A stretch of DNA of 63,892 bases, counting the filler, from an uncultured bacterium (GTDB lineage: Bacteria; DAOPZR01): assembly GCA_964637655.1 (NCBI GenBank). It is 6 parts of 6 records of this genome, joined end to end, with 100 filler letters (N's around TTAATTAATTAA, not from the genome) between each part and the next. Parts side by side here need not be neighbours in the genome. Positions count along the whole stretch, not along the records: positions 43,397 to 53,939 come from CAZWUZ010000122.1; positions 54,040 to 63,892 come from CAZWUZ010000143.1; 4 more parts are not named here. One strand, written 5' to 3'. The notes under the pieces are model-generated. The model ran no database searches, was not told the DNA's origin, and saw only the letters and a program-made list of their open reading frames with translations. Position numbers and translations under genes: made by a program. Each line of letters opens with the position of its first letter. Position 1 is the stretch's first letter. Below are positions 50,012-59,743 of this stretch, piece after piece.

Positions 50012-52461
50012 TCAGGCGCAGCTACGCCGACGGCGAAGTGATCTTCCGCGCCGGGGATCCCACCGACCAGTTTTATGTGACGATGGGGGGCGCGGCGGCA
50101 TTTTCGCCGCCGCGCGTGTTTGTCGGTGAGCAGGACCCGGTCTTCGGGGTTATCGATGCGTTGCTGCACCGTCCGCATACCTACACGGTCACGGCCAGCG
50201 GCGACACCACGGTGCTGGCGGTGCCGTTTTCGCCGGAAAATATCGTCGCGTTGGCGGCCCGTCACCCGAAACTCTACGGCATCATCTGCCGCCACCTCGG
50301 CACCTACGCCGAGCGGCGGGTGCAGGAACTGCATGCCTCGCTCGGCACGGAACCGCAACTCTGGGGGATGCTGCTCGCCACGCTTGGCGCATCGCCCGAC
50401 ACCGCGGCGGCCGGGCTGACGGAAACGCTGGGCGACCTCAACACGCAGGTGCAGCAGCAGTTCCCGCTGCCCGAACCGGCGATAGAAGTGCCTGTTGACG
50501 CCAGCACACCGGGGAGCGCACTGGAACTGCTCCCCGGCATGATGCTGCCGCGCCTCGATCTCGTCTGGCAGGTTGAGATGGGGAGCGCGGAACTGCGCCT
50601 CGATGCGTTTACCCTCTGCACCATGGAGGAGGGCCTGCTGCTGGTGCCGCTCACCGCGCTGGCCCAGCCGTCGGCAATGCCGCTGCCGCACGTCACCCTG
50701 CAGGTTGCCATGCCGGCGCGACTGCGGGCGCAGACCGCCACCGATTTCATGGCCGTGCGCGGGCAGGATCCCGTGTCGATCAGCGCGGTCGTCACCTTCG
50801 CCACCGCGCTGGTGCGCGGCATCGAGCAGGCGGACCACGAATTCCAGCGGCGGCGCAGCGCCTTGCGCCAGTGGCTGGGGACGCGGCTGACGCAGTTTGC
50901 CCCGGTGCTCGCGGTCCCCGGGGTGGGGGAATGTCTCGCGGCGCTTGACGTGCAGGCGGTGACCGGGGGGATTGCCGCGACGGTGGCAACCGGGGCGGCG
51001 ACGGCAGCGGAGGGGTTCCCCGTGCTCGACGCGCTGCCGCTGGCCCCTGCCGACCGCAGCGAAATCGAACTCTACCTGACGCAACTGCGCTGCGGCGCGG
51101 AGAGCGGCGACCTGGCGACGGCCAAGAACCGGCTGACCAACCGCTACTGGGACTGTGCCGTACTGGCCGCGGTCAGGCGCCTGCGCGGGACGTGGCCCGA
51201 TGACCTGCGCCACTTCCTGCGTTTCGGGGTGATGGATGCGCGGCTGCTCGACGCGGAGCACCACGCGCGGCTGAGCGAACTGTCGCTGCAGGCGGCGGAC
51301 GGCGTCTACTACATGGACGAGTGGCTGGAGAACATCATCGCCGGCAACGTGGCGCCGACCGCGGGTGACGAACTGACGATGAAGAAACTGGGCGCTTCCG
51401 ACAAGATCGACAAGGCGCGCCAGAAACTGCAGGGGGAGCAGGATATCCTCGCCGCGCGCATCCACGACTGGAAACAGTGCGCGGCGGAACTGCCGATGCT
51501 CACCGAGAAACTGCTGCGCGGCAGCGAGACGACGCGCAAACTCATCGACCTCTACATGCAGGAAAAGGACCACCTCAAGTCACCCGACGCGGTGCTGCTC
51601 AAGTGGGAGGAGAACAGCGACCAGGTGAAGGAGACGCAGCAGCGCCTGCGCGAGCGCACCGGCAAGATGGGCATCAACGAGGGGCGCATCCTCGAGGGCA
51701 TCCGCACCTACGCGAAAGGCGTCGAGGAACTCAACGCCGCGCGCGCGCTGGCGAAGGGGGAGGACCGCGAGACCCCCGAAAAGGTGGTCACCGGCGAGGT
51801 CAACAATATCCTGCGGCAGATGGCGAAGATGTCGGTCGGACCGCGCGGCAACCATCTCTCCGTGCTGCTCAGGGAGGCGATTACCGTCGAGGGGCTGACC
51901 GCGCGCGCCGATGTGCTGCAACTCGTGCAGCAGGCGGCGGAACTCGACCCGGCGCTCTTTGCGCGCACCTTCAAGGGGATCGAGCGCACGGTCGTACCGT
52001 ACCTCCTCGTCCTGCCGTGCCAGGGGACGCGCGGGCTCTGCTGGGAGCCGTACGAGCGCAACAACCGCGCCACCGGGCGCGGGCGGCTGGTCATCCCGCT
52101 GCTGCCGCGCCGGCCGCTCCCCGAACTGGTGTTCGAGGCGCTCGCTGATTTCCGCTGGCAGATGGCGCGCGAGGCGGCGGCGCATTACTGGATGGAGGAG
52201 GGGCTTACCGGGCGCTACTACCAGTACTTCACCGAGAACAAGCAGAAGGGCGACCTCAAGGAATCGTTCATCCGCAACTACATCCTCTGGCTGCAGTATG
52301 AAGCGACGGGCATCCAGAAGCTCGACCGCCTGGTGCGCCAGCTCTTCTGGCTGCACCTGCCGTTCCCTGCCCGGGTCAAGGAACAGCTGAAGAACCGTGG
52401 CGCGGTCTACGCGCTGCTCGTGCAGCAGGACAAGAACCGCGAAAAATCGAGCGGCTACTGA
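50008..52461 (+). CDS. Large protein with N-terminal cNMP-binding-like domain(s), coiled coil and uncharacterised C-terminal domain
   Basis: RSYADGEVIFRAGDPTDQFYV...FG..YTVTA (CAP/cNMP fold); helical middle; C-terminus WMEEGLTGRYYQYF...QKLDR.VR..FW...DKNREKSSGY; ATGA overlap with the upstream gene. Confidence 0.75.
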   Translation: MIRRSYADGEVIFRAGDPTDQFYVTMGGAAAFSPPRVFVGEQDPVFGVIDALLHRPHTYTVTASGDTTVLAVPFSPENIVALAARHPKLYGIICRHLGTYAERRVQELHASLGTEPQLWGMLLATLGASPDTAAAGLTETLGDLNTQVQQQFPLPEPAIEVPVDASTPGSALELLPGMMLPRLDLVWQVEMGSAELRLDAFTLCTMEEGLLLVPLTALAQPSAMPLPHVTLQVAMPARLRAQTATDFMAVRGQDPVSISAVVTFATALVRGIEQADHEFQRRRSALRQWLGTRLTQFAPVLAVPGVGECLAALDVQAVTGGIAATVATGAATAAEGFPVLDALPLAPADRSEIELYLTQLRCGAESGDLATAKNRLTNRYWDCAVLAAVRRLRGTWPDDLRHFLRFGVMDARLLDAEHHARLSELSLQAADGVYYMDEWLENIIAGNVAPTAGDELTMKKLGASDKIDKARQKLQGEQDILAARIHDWKQCAAELPMLTEKLLRGSETTRKLIDLYMQEKDHLKSPDAVLLKWEENSDQVKETQQRLRERTGKMGINEGRILEGIRTYAKGVEELNAARALAKGEDRETPEKVVTGEVNNILRQMAKMSVGPRGNHLSVLLREAITVEGLTARADVLQLVQQAAELDPALFARTFKGIERTVVPYLLVLPCQGTRGLCWEPYERNNRATGRGRLVIPLLPRRPLPELVFEALADFRWQMAREAAAHYWMEEGLTGRYYQYFTENKQKGDLKESFIRNYILWLQYEATGIQKLDRLVRQLFWLHLPFPARVKEQLKNRGAVYALLVQQDKNREKSSGY

Positions 52462-53477
52462 TGGGGCCGCGGGGGGGGCGTTTGCTGGCCCTGTTGTGCT
52501 GCCTGCTGCCGGCCGTGGCCGGATGCCCGTGCGCAGAGGAAACGCGACCGGTGGCGGTTGCGCCCGTGCCGATTCACGATACCGCACCGCCACGCCGGGC
52601 AGCGCGCCCCGTGGCGCCCCGCCCCGCGCGCGATACAGCGGCGACGGCTGTGGCGGAGACCGTGGCCCAGGCGGCGCCGGTGCTGCCGTCAGGCCCGGCG
52701 CGCCTGCGCCTCGTGGCGGCCAATCTGTCGTCGGGCACACGCCAGAATTACGACCGCGGGCACGGACTGCGCATCCTGCAGGGGATCAGCCCCGACGTGG
52801 TCATGCTGCAGGAGTTCAGCTACCGCAGCAACAGCAGCACCGACCTGCAGGCCTTCGCGGAGCAGGTCATGGGCGGGACGGCGTATTACAGCCGTGAAGA
52901 GGGCTCACCCATCCCCAACGGCATCATCTCGCGCCATCCGATTGTGGCCTCGGGCGAGTGGGCTGACCCGCACGCGGCCAACCGCGACTTTGCCTGGGCG
53001 CGCATCGACCTCCCCGGTCCCGTCGACCTCTGGGCGGTGAGCGTCCACTTCCTGACAACGAAAGCAACCGCGCGGAAGGCGGAGGCGGAGGTGCTGGTCG
53101 CGCGCCTGCGCGAAAGCGTGCCGGCCGGCGCGTATCTTGCCGTCGGCGGCGACTTCAACACGGGGACACGCAACGAGGCGTGCTACGCGGTGCTGCAGCG
53201 CCTGCTGGTGACGGACGGTCCCTTTCCTGCTGACGCGGAGGGGAACAGCAACACCAATATGACACGCACGAAGATGTACGATGCCGTGCTGGTCAATGCC
53301 GCGCTGCAGCGGCTGGCCATCCCGGTGCAGGCCGGCGGGCGTTCCTTCCCGCACGGACTGGTGCTCGATGTGCGGCGGTTCACGCCGCTGAGTGTCTTTG
53401 CGCCCGCCACCGCGGCGGACGGCAGCGCGCCGTCCATGCCGCATATGGCGGTCATCCGCGACTTCCGGCTGCCCTGA
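52461..53477 (+). CDS. Secreted/lipoprotein endonuclease-exonuclease-phosphatase (EEP) family enzyme
   Basis: Signal/lipobox VAGC; LVAANL, DVVMLQE, SVHF, GGDFN, YDAVL, terminal H. Confidence 0.85.
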   Translation: MGPRGGRLLALLCCLLPAVAGCPCAEETRPVAVAPVPIHDTAPPRRAARPVAPRPARDTAATAVAETVAQAAPVLPSGPARLRLVAANLSSGTRQNYDRGHGLRILQGISPDVVMLQEFSYRSNSSTDLQAFAEQVMGGTAYYSREEGSPIPNGIISRHPIVASGEWADPHAANRDFAWARIDLPGPVDLWAVSVHFLTTKATARKAEAEVLVARLRESVPAGAYLAVGGDFNTGTRNEACYAVLQRLLVTDGPFPADAEGNSNTNMTRTKMYDAVLVNAALQRLAIPVQAGGRSFPHGLVLDVRRFTPLSVFAPATAADGSAPSMPHMAVIRDFRLP

Positions 53478-53480
53478 CGC

Positions 53481-53939
53481 CTACGCCGGCGGGGCTGACG
53501 TCGCCACCGCCAGCGGCAGGGTGACGGTGATGGTGGTGCCGCGACCGACGGCCGAAGTGAGACGCAGCGCGCCGCCATGCGCTTCCACCAGCCGCTTGAC
53601 CGCATAGAGTCCGAGCCCGACCCCGGGCCGTTTTTGCGCGGTGCGCGCGAGGCGGCTGAACGGCTGGAAGAGGTGCGCCTGCTCCTCGGGCGGGATGCCG
53701 CTTCCTTCGTCGCTGATGGCCAGCACCGCATGGCCGTCCGCCACGGTGAGCGTGGCGGTGACCGGGAGTTCCCGCGGACTGTACTTATGCGCGTTGCTCA
53801 GCAGGTTGACGATGACACGCTGCAGCAGCAGCGCGTCACCGCTGACTGTTATGGCGGCCGGGGCGGTGCAGGTGAAGGTGCGGTCGCGGTGCACCAGACG
53901 CAGCTCCGCCACGGTTTCCTGCAGCAGCGCGGCGAGATC
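53481..53939 (-). CDS. Sensor histidine kinase, C-terminal HATPase_c fragment
   Basis: NLLSNAHKYS, DEGSGI, LFQPF, GVGLGL, HGG, GRGT. Confidence 0.9.
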   Translation of the reverse strand, partial: DLAALLQETVAELRLVHRDRTFTCTAPAAITVSGDALLLQRVIVNLLSNAHKYSPRELPVTATLTVADGHAVLAISDEGSGIPPEEQAHLFQPFSRLARTAQKRPGVGLGLYAVKRLVEAHGGALRLTSAVGRGTTITVTLPLAVATSAPPA

Positions 53940-54039
53940 NNNNNNNNNNNNNNNNNNNNNNNNNNNNNNNNNNNNNNNNNNNNTTAATTAATTAANNNNN
54001 NNNNNNNNNNNNNNNNNNNNNNNNNNNNNNNNNNNNNNN
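53940..54039. other. Artificial contig linker
   Basis: N44-TTAATTAATTAA-N44. Confidence 0.99.
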
Positions 54040-54566
54040 GAAGTTCCCGACTGCTCGCTGTTGCGGCTGCCCACTACGCCGCAGCGTCGTCGCCGCTGAC
54101 CATCGTCGCGCGGGTGCAGGCGCATTGCGGCGTGCAGGAAGAGCACGGGACACGCACGTACGGGGCGTTCATGCGCTACGGCGGCGCTTCACCCGCCTGC
54201 GGGGCGCTCGCTGACGGTACGGAACGCGGCGTGGCGATTGCCGGCATGCTCGACCCGGCGCATCTGGCCGGGGTACGCAGCGCGGAGCCGTGCTGGCGGC
54301 CGCTGCTCAGTGCCGTGCTGCAGGCGCGTACGCAACTCGAACGTCTCACTGCGGAAGCCCGCGCGCTCGATTGCCCCGCCTGGTACGTGCTGTTTGCGTC
54401 GGTCAACCTGAACGGGCTCAGTGCCGCGGCGGAAGTACCGCTCGTCATCCGCGTGCTCGACCGTACCGGCACGCAGGAACGCAGCTGGGAACTCGCCCTG
54501 CCGCATGACCCGGCACAGGTGCAGGCGGCTGACACCACGTCCGGCGTGCGTCTCACCTCCCGCTGA
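54040..54566 (+). CDS. Hypothetical protein, probably 5'-truncated
   Basis: Open frame ending 3 nt before the next gene; no recognised motif. Confidence 0.45.
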
Positions 54567-54569
54567 CGG

Positions 54570-55934
54570 GTGGACGCGCTGAAGGCGCCACTGCGCCTGC
54601 TCCTGCTGTTTGCCGGTATCCTGCTGCTGCTGAGTGACTTTTCCTACCGTGTGCTTGATGAGTGGCATTACTTCCTGCTGACTGAGTCGCTGGCGACGCG
54701 CGCTTCGGTGTGGCTCCCTGCCGCGCAGTTCGAACTCATCGCCGCGCCGCCGCCTGCTGCCGGCGCGCTGCTGCCGACCCGTTTCCCCCCGGGCTATCCG
54801 CTCGCTGCGGTGCCGGTCTACTGGCTGCTGCGCGCCGTGGCCTCGCTGGCCGGCATCACCGATTACGGATTTATCGCCGGGAGCATCGAGTGGGCCAACG
54901 CGCTACTGACCGCGCTGCTGCTGGTGCTGCTGGCCCGCTGGCTGGCGCGCGAGTTTGCCGCGCCGCGCCGCGCTGCTCTCGTGGCTGCCGCTTTCGGGCT
55001 GGGGACCATCCTGCTGCAGTATGCGCGCAGCAACTTCAGCGAGACGCTGCAGGCGCTGCTGCTCGGCGCCGCGGTCATGTTGCTGCTGTCGCGTCCTGTG
55101 CTGCGCGAACCGCGCGCCGGGGTATGGTTCGGCATCTGTCTCGGCTGGCTGGTGCTGACCAAGGCGACGTTCCTGCTTTTCGTGCCGCTGCTGCTGCTCT
55201 GGGCATACTGTACCCCGGGTACCGGCCGCTTGCGGTTGCTTCCCGTTGGCCTTCCGCTGCTGGTCGGACTGGTGCTGTACGGCGGCTACAACCGCGTCCG
55301 CACCGGCGACTGGTTCGACTTCTACTACCCGTCGCTGTATACGGTCGATGTCGGCGGGCGCGACGTTACGGTGCCGCAGAATTTCAGCGCTGCGCCCTGG
55401 CACGGACTGGCGGGCTATCTCATCAGCCCCGGCAAAAGCATCTTCCTGACCTCGCCGCTGCTGCTGCTCGCGCTGCCGGGTGCAGTCCACTGGTGGCGCC
55501 GCCGCCGCCGCGACCTGCTGTTCATGACGCTGTTGCTAACTGCATACACCCTGCTGTTTGCCTGCTTTACCGGCTGGGAAGGGGGGCTCTGCTGGGGCCC
55601 GCGTTTCCTCGTGCCGCTGATTCCGCTGCTCGCGCTGCTCGGGGCCCCGGTGTTCTTCGCGCCGCGGCGCGCGTGGCGCAGCGCGGCCTGGCTGCTGGCG
55701 GCGTGTTCGCTGCTGCTGCAGCTCTTCGTGGCGGGTACCGACAACATCACCGCGCTCAGCGTTGCCCGCCCGCCGTACGGCATCGGGCGCTACTACCCGC
55801 TGGCGCTCAATCCCTACCCGCCGCTGCTTGCGCAGTATCGCGGCATGCTGGCCCCGCCAGCGCCGCCGCCGGCGGGATTCTTCCTGCGGATGGCTGACCT
55901 GTACCGCCCGGCCTTCTGGTGGTGGACCCGGTGA
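54570..55934 (+). CDS. Polytopic membrane GT-C-like protein (ArnT/PMT-like)
   Basis: DE motif after first TM, FPPGYP, YARSNFSE, LTK, YNRVRTG, SPGKSIF, WEGGLCWGPRFLVP. Confidence 0.65.
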   Translation: MDALKAPLRLLLLFAGILLLLSDFSYRVLDEWHYFLLTESLATRASVWLPAAQFELIAAPPPAAGALLPTRFPPGYPLAAVPVYWLLRAVASLAGITDYGFIAGSIEWANALLTALLLVLLARWLAREFAAPRRAALVAAAFGLGTILLQYARSNFSETLQALLLGAAVMLLLSRPVLREPRAGVWFGICLGWLVLTKATFLLFVPLLLLWAYCTPGTGRLRLLPVGLPLLVGLVLYGGYNRVRTGDWFDFYYPSLYTVDVGGRDVTVPQNFSAAPWHGLAGYLISPGKSIFLTSPLLLLALPGAVHWWRRRRRDLLFMTLLLTAYTLLFACFTGWEGGLCWGPRFLVPLIPLLALLGAPVFFAPRRAWRSAAWLLAACSLLLQLFVAGTDNITALSVARPPYGIGRYYPLALNPYPPLLAQYRGMLAPPAPPPAGFFLRMADLYRPAFWWWTR

Positions 55935-56248
55935 GCCGCCGGTGTGCAGCGAAGACACGGCGGGCCGGAGCTGCAGCCCGGGTGCCGGACGGGGTTCGCG
56001 ACCGGCCGGCGCACCGGCACGAACCCCGGGCGGCTGCGCTGCGGGAACCGGAGGAGACGGCGACGCCGCTCCTGCGGCTCGACCCCGACAGAAGAACGGC
56101 ACGCGTCGTGCACTGGCTCCTGTGTACCGGCGCGGGCAACATCGTCCTGGCGCTGCTGGCGGTCATGCAGATGCTGCTGTTCTACGGGGGGGTGTGCAAC
56201 TTCGGCTCGACAGACACCGACCACCAGTACCTGTACGGGACGGTGTGA
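55931..56248 (+). CDS. Small hypothetical membrane protein
   Basis: GTGA overlap with the upstream stop; one hydrophobic segment. Confidence 0.3.
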   Translation: MSRRCAAKTRRAGAAARVPDGVRDRPAHRHEPRAAALREPEETATPLLRLDPDRRTARVVHWLLCTGAGNIVLALLAVMQMLLFYGGVCNFGSTDTDHQYLYGTV

Positions 56249-56267
56249 ACCGGGGCGGTGGTGACGT

Positions 56268-56990
56268 TCACGGGAACACTGCGGCAAAGACCGCGCCGGT
56301 GAGTGAAAGAACCAGGACGATGGCCGTCGCCGGCGCCCAGCGCTCCCACTCCGCGTAGCGCTCTTTTGCTTCCGGCTCATCGCCGGGCTGCCCCAGGTCG
56401 CGGCCGGTGGCCTGTGCCATCACGACAATGTTGAAGAGCAGCACCCCGAGCACAGCCAGGCGTCCCCGCAGGTCAGGGATGATGGTCAGGTTCCGGATAA
56501 GCGGCATGGAGAGACCGGACAGAAAAATGCCGAGCAGGATGAAGAGGCCGGCAAGGAATGCGGGGCGGCGCCATGGTGCGGGAATCGCCGCCGTATCGCC
56601 GCGGACGAAAGCAACCGTGACAAAGCGCAGCAGCGCGAGGGCGGTCCCGGCGAAGGAGGTGATGAAGAGGGCGTACATGCTGTAGAGAACGTCGCGACCC
56701 AGCGCGTAGAAAGCGGCGAACTCGAACAGCAGCGCGAATGCGACCATGAGCGCACCGTTGCGCTGCAGCGGAAACCGGTGCAGCGCGATACCCATGAAGA
56801 GGATTGCCCAGAAGGGGATGAACAGGTAGATACCGGCAATCAGGAAACCGCGCCAGAGAGTCTCCGGCTGGCCAAAAATAAAGAGCATGGCGAGGGGCAG
56901 GACCGCCCCCTGGGAGAGGAGAAAGAACAGCTTGGCGGCGCGGTAGGGGAGACGGCAACGCTCAGTGGCGGCATGACGGGGACCATTCAT
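56268..56990 (-). CDS. Hypothetical integral membrane protein
   Basis: About seven hydrophobic segments. Confidence 0.65.
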   Translation of the reverse strand: MNGPRHAATERCRLPYRAAKLFFLLSQGAVLPLAMLFIFGQPETLWRGFLIAGIYLFIPFWAILFMGIALHRFPLQRNGALMVAFALLFEFAAFYALGRDVLYSMYALFITSFAGTALALLRFVTVAFVRGDTAAIPAPWRRPAFLAGLFILLGIFLSGLSMPLIRNLTIIPDLRGRLAVLGVLLFNIVVMAQATGRDLGQPGDEPEAKERYAEWERWAPATAIVLVLSLTGAVFAAVFP

Positions 56991-57020
56991 GCGCAGCCCG
57001 CCAGGTGCCGCGGCGCGGGG

Positions 57021-57053
57021 AAAAAAGCGGGAGCGCCGCCAGGACGCTCCCGC
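57021..57053 (-). terminator. Rho-independent terminator
   Basis: Minus strand GCGGGAGCG-9 nt-CGCTCCCGC-TTTTTT downstream of the 57171 gene. Confidence 0.7.
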
Positions 57054-57170
57054 CGTTGCGGCATGCGGCTACTGAATCGTGGCGACCGGCTGGTCGCGGA
57101 TACTACCATGCGGGCAGCAGCAACGCAAGGGACCGGAGACGGGCGCGGCAGACAGGTATGCGTAGAGGTG

Positions 57171-58418
57171 CTACTCGTCACCGAACCCGCCGTCAGTGCC
57201 GTACTGCAGCATCTCGGGTGTAATCCCGTACTGCTGCATCAGCTCCGGGGTCAGTCCTTCCGGCAGGGCGGGGGAAGTGCCCGCCGGCGCACCGGACGGC
57301 GGATACCCGGCCGGGCCGGCTGGCGGGTACCCGGCCGGCATGCCGGCCGGAGCGCCGTAGCGGCCCGCGCCCGGGCCGCCCATGCTCAGCATTTTCGTCG
57401 CCGTCCATTCCGACCTGATGCGCGCGCGATAGCGGCAGCCGCGCGTGTCCGCGGCATAGTCATCACCCACCGCGGTCAGCGTCAGGGTCAGCATATCGAC
57501 CTGCGCGAAAATGGCGGGCGGGATCACGCAGCGGGTCGTGCCCGGCGGCAGCAGGATGCGGTCGCGCACGTCGTCGGCAATGGTCGTTCCCACCTCGTAG
57601 CCGGTGCGCACGCGCTCGGGCGGGCAGGAATCGGTGCTTACCCAGAGCACGGTTTCCTTTACCTGCTGTCCCTGCAGCACCATGCCGCGCGCGTGCAGGA
57701 TGTAGCCGCGCGCCGCGCTATCACTGTTCCACACCACGGTGATCGGCCCGCGCACATCAATTGCCGCCGCGCTGGCCGGTTCGGACACGGTCAGCGGCAG
57801 CAGGAAACCCGCCAGCGGCATGGTATGACCGCCCGTATTCAGCACGTACGCGCCCCGCCCGACCGCCGTCATGGGGACAACGGTTTCATCGCCTGTGGCG
57901 GTGCGGTCGCGTTCCGCGCGCACGCGCTGCAACTGCACTGCCGACGGCATCGTCGGGCGGTCGCCGCCGCGGGCGGACATATCAACGTCGGTAGAAATGC
58001 TTTCTGTCAATGGACCGGCCGCGGTGTCGGGATGCCACCAGAGGATGTTTTTCATTTCAATATGCATCCGCCCGCCGGGCGCCGCGCCCATACCCGCGGG
58101 CGGCATGTGCATGCCCATGTCCTCGGGCATGGGCGCAACCAGCAGCGGCAGCCGGTTATCCCGCAACTGCAGCGATTCCGGCACCGCAACAAATATCGGC
58201 GTCACGGGTGCGGCGGCAGCGTATACCGCTTCGCCGGAAATGCTGCGCGACGGCTGTGCGCCGTCAGCGTTCGGCATCCCGGGATACGCGGGCATCACCA
58301 TCATCGGCAGGTTGACGCTGGTCATCAGTTCCAGCGTGTATTCGCGCACGGCTGGCGCGTCCGCCGCCAGCGCGGGCGTGGTCAGCACTAACAGCAGCAG
58401 GGCAAGCATGGTTTTCAT
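57171..58418 (-). CDS. Hypothetical secreted protein, Met/Pro-rich, with low-complexity C-tail
   Basis: Signal peptide MKTMLALLLLVLTTPALA; tail PAGMPAGYPPAGPAGYPP. Confidence 0.75.
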   Translation of the reverse strand: MKTMLALLLLVLTTPALAADAPAVREYTLELMTSVNLPMMVMPAYPGMPNADGAQPSRSISGEAVYAAAAPVTPIFVAVPESLQLRDNRLPLLVAPMPEDMGMHMPPAGMGAAPGGRMHIEMKNILWWHPDTAAGPLTESISTDVDMSARGGDRPTMPSAVQLQRVRAERDRTATGDETVVPMTAVGRGAYVLNTGGHTMPLAGFLLPLTVSEPASAAAIDVRGPITVVWNSDSAARGYILHARGMVLQGQQVKETVLWVSTDSCPPERVRTGYEVGTTIADDVRDRILLPPGTTRCVIPPAIFAQVDMLTLTLTAVGDDYAADTRGCRYRARIRSEWTATKMLSMGGPGAGRYGAPAGMPAGYPPAGPAGYPPSGAPAGTSPALPEGLTPELMQQYGITPEMLQYGTDGGFGDE

Positions 58419-58731
58419 CGGCAGGCTCCTTGGTCCAATGCCACTGTACACTCGCGTCCCCGCTCCGGTCAAATTGCGCCTTGCGAAAAAAAACACGTCA
58501 GCAGGCTGGTGTCCGCTGCCCGGACGACTCGATTATTGACGGCGGTCAGGCAGGGTGGTAAGCTCACTGTCGCTGTGCTCCGGCTACCCCTGCGGGGCGC
58601 ACTTTTTCCTGCGGCCACCGTTCCCTGCCGTGCAGGGGGCTGGCCGCTCACTGCAGGATGCGGTCAGCGGCAGGAACAGGTGCGGCGGCGGGTACGGAAT
58701 TGCCTGTGGACCCGGAAAGGAACGGAAAATC

Positions 58732-59595
58732 ATGCAACGGGTATGGAGTGTTGTGCTGTTGCTGCATCTTGCCGCAACCGCGGTCAATGCCGACTGGGCG
58801 GCGCGTGAACGTCGCCCGGAAGAGACGGCTTCGCTGCACCGCTTCTACACGGCGGTTGGCGCGGCCCTCCCTGCCGGCCCGGACGGCTGGCGTCTGGTCG
58901 AACGCTATGACACGGTGACGAGCGGGATGATCACCGAAGGGGCGGAAGATGCGCCGCTGCGCTGGGAGTACCTGGTGCGTTACGAGGACAGTGCGGCGCT
59001 GGCGGCGGCTGAGGCGCAGACCCAGGCCGCGCTCGCGGCATTGCCGCAGCGGAGCGCCGGGGAGCGCTACGCGGCCCTGGCCGGGGAATACACGCGCCTG
59101 GCGGATGCGTCCGGAGAGGCGCTCAACCGTGGCGCGATGGGCGAAGTCGAACAGCTCATGGCGCGCCTTGACGAACTTGCGCGGGAAATCGACGCTCTCG
59201 GGTCGGCGGACCAGGGTGACGGGGACCGGGTCATTGCCGCGCTGGCGGCGCGGGACGCGCGGCTGAGCGTGCGGGTCACGGTGAACGAGGATTACTGTGC
59301 TCCCGGCACGCCGCTGGTGCCGGATACCGCGGTCGCGGGACTCACGGCCTGGCGGGCGGGGGAACCGGGACGGATGTCGCAGGCACACTGGGAAGAGGGG
59401 GTGACCGTGGTGACCGTCGGCCGGTGGCGGGCTGTCGCGGAGGAACCGGGTGTGTTACGCGCCGCGCTCGCGGCGTACCCCTCCACGGTCTTGCAGACCG
59501 TGCTGGTGAGTGTGCGCGGCGACCGTGCGCGCGCGCGCGCCTACCTCGAACGGATCGACTGGGCGCGGTTACAGGAACTGGTTGACCGCCGCTGA
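58732..59595 (+). CDS. Hypothetical secreted protein with central coiled coil
   Basis: Signal peptide MQRVWSVVLLLHLAATAVNA; purine-rich RBS. Confidence 0.7.
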   Translation: MQRVWSVVLLLHLAATAVNADWAARERRPEETASLHRFYTAVGAALPAGPDGWRLVERYDTVTSGMITEGAEDAPLRWEYLVRYEDSAALAAAEAQTQAALAALPQRSAGERYAALAGEYTRLADASGEALNRGAMGEVEQLMARLDELAREIDALGSADQGDGDRVIAALAARDARLSVRVTVNEDYCAPGTPLVPDTAVAGLTAWRAGEPGRMSQAHWEEGVTVVTVGRWRAVAEEPGVLRAALAAYPSTVLQTVLVSVRGDRARARAYLERIDWARLQELVDRR

Positions 59596-59640
59596 TGCGC
59601 CCGGGTCCATGGATGGACACGATTCGGGGACAGGCCAGAA

Positions 59641-59702
59641 GGGGCCATACTAGCACATTGACACATTCACAGGCGGGGCCATACTGGCACATTGACACAT
59701 TC
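59641..59702. repeat. Tandem 28-bp direct repeat GGGGCCATACTRGCACATTGACACATTC x2 (59641-59668, 59675-59702)
   Basis: 27/28 identical with a 6-nt spacer, between convergent genes; preceded by GATTCGGGGACAGGCC (59621-59636). Confidence 0.85.
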
Positions 59703-59743
59703 GCGGCGCACTGCCGGGGGGGCGATACGGCAGACGGCGCCGG

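Noticed and set aside
58419-58731. Long intergenic region as a riboswitch or ncRNA
   Set aside because: No recognisable c-di-GMP, TPP, SAM or cobalamin consensus; explained by divergent promoters
59641-59702. 28-bp repeats as a mini CRISPR array, or a sigma54 site (TGGCAC)
   Set aside because: Only two copies with a 6-nt spacer and no cas genes; the -12 TTGC element is missing
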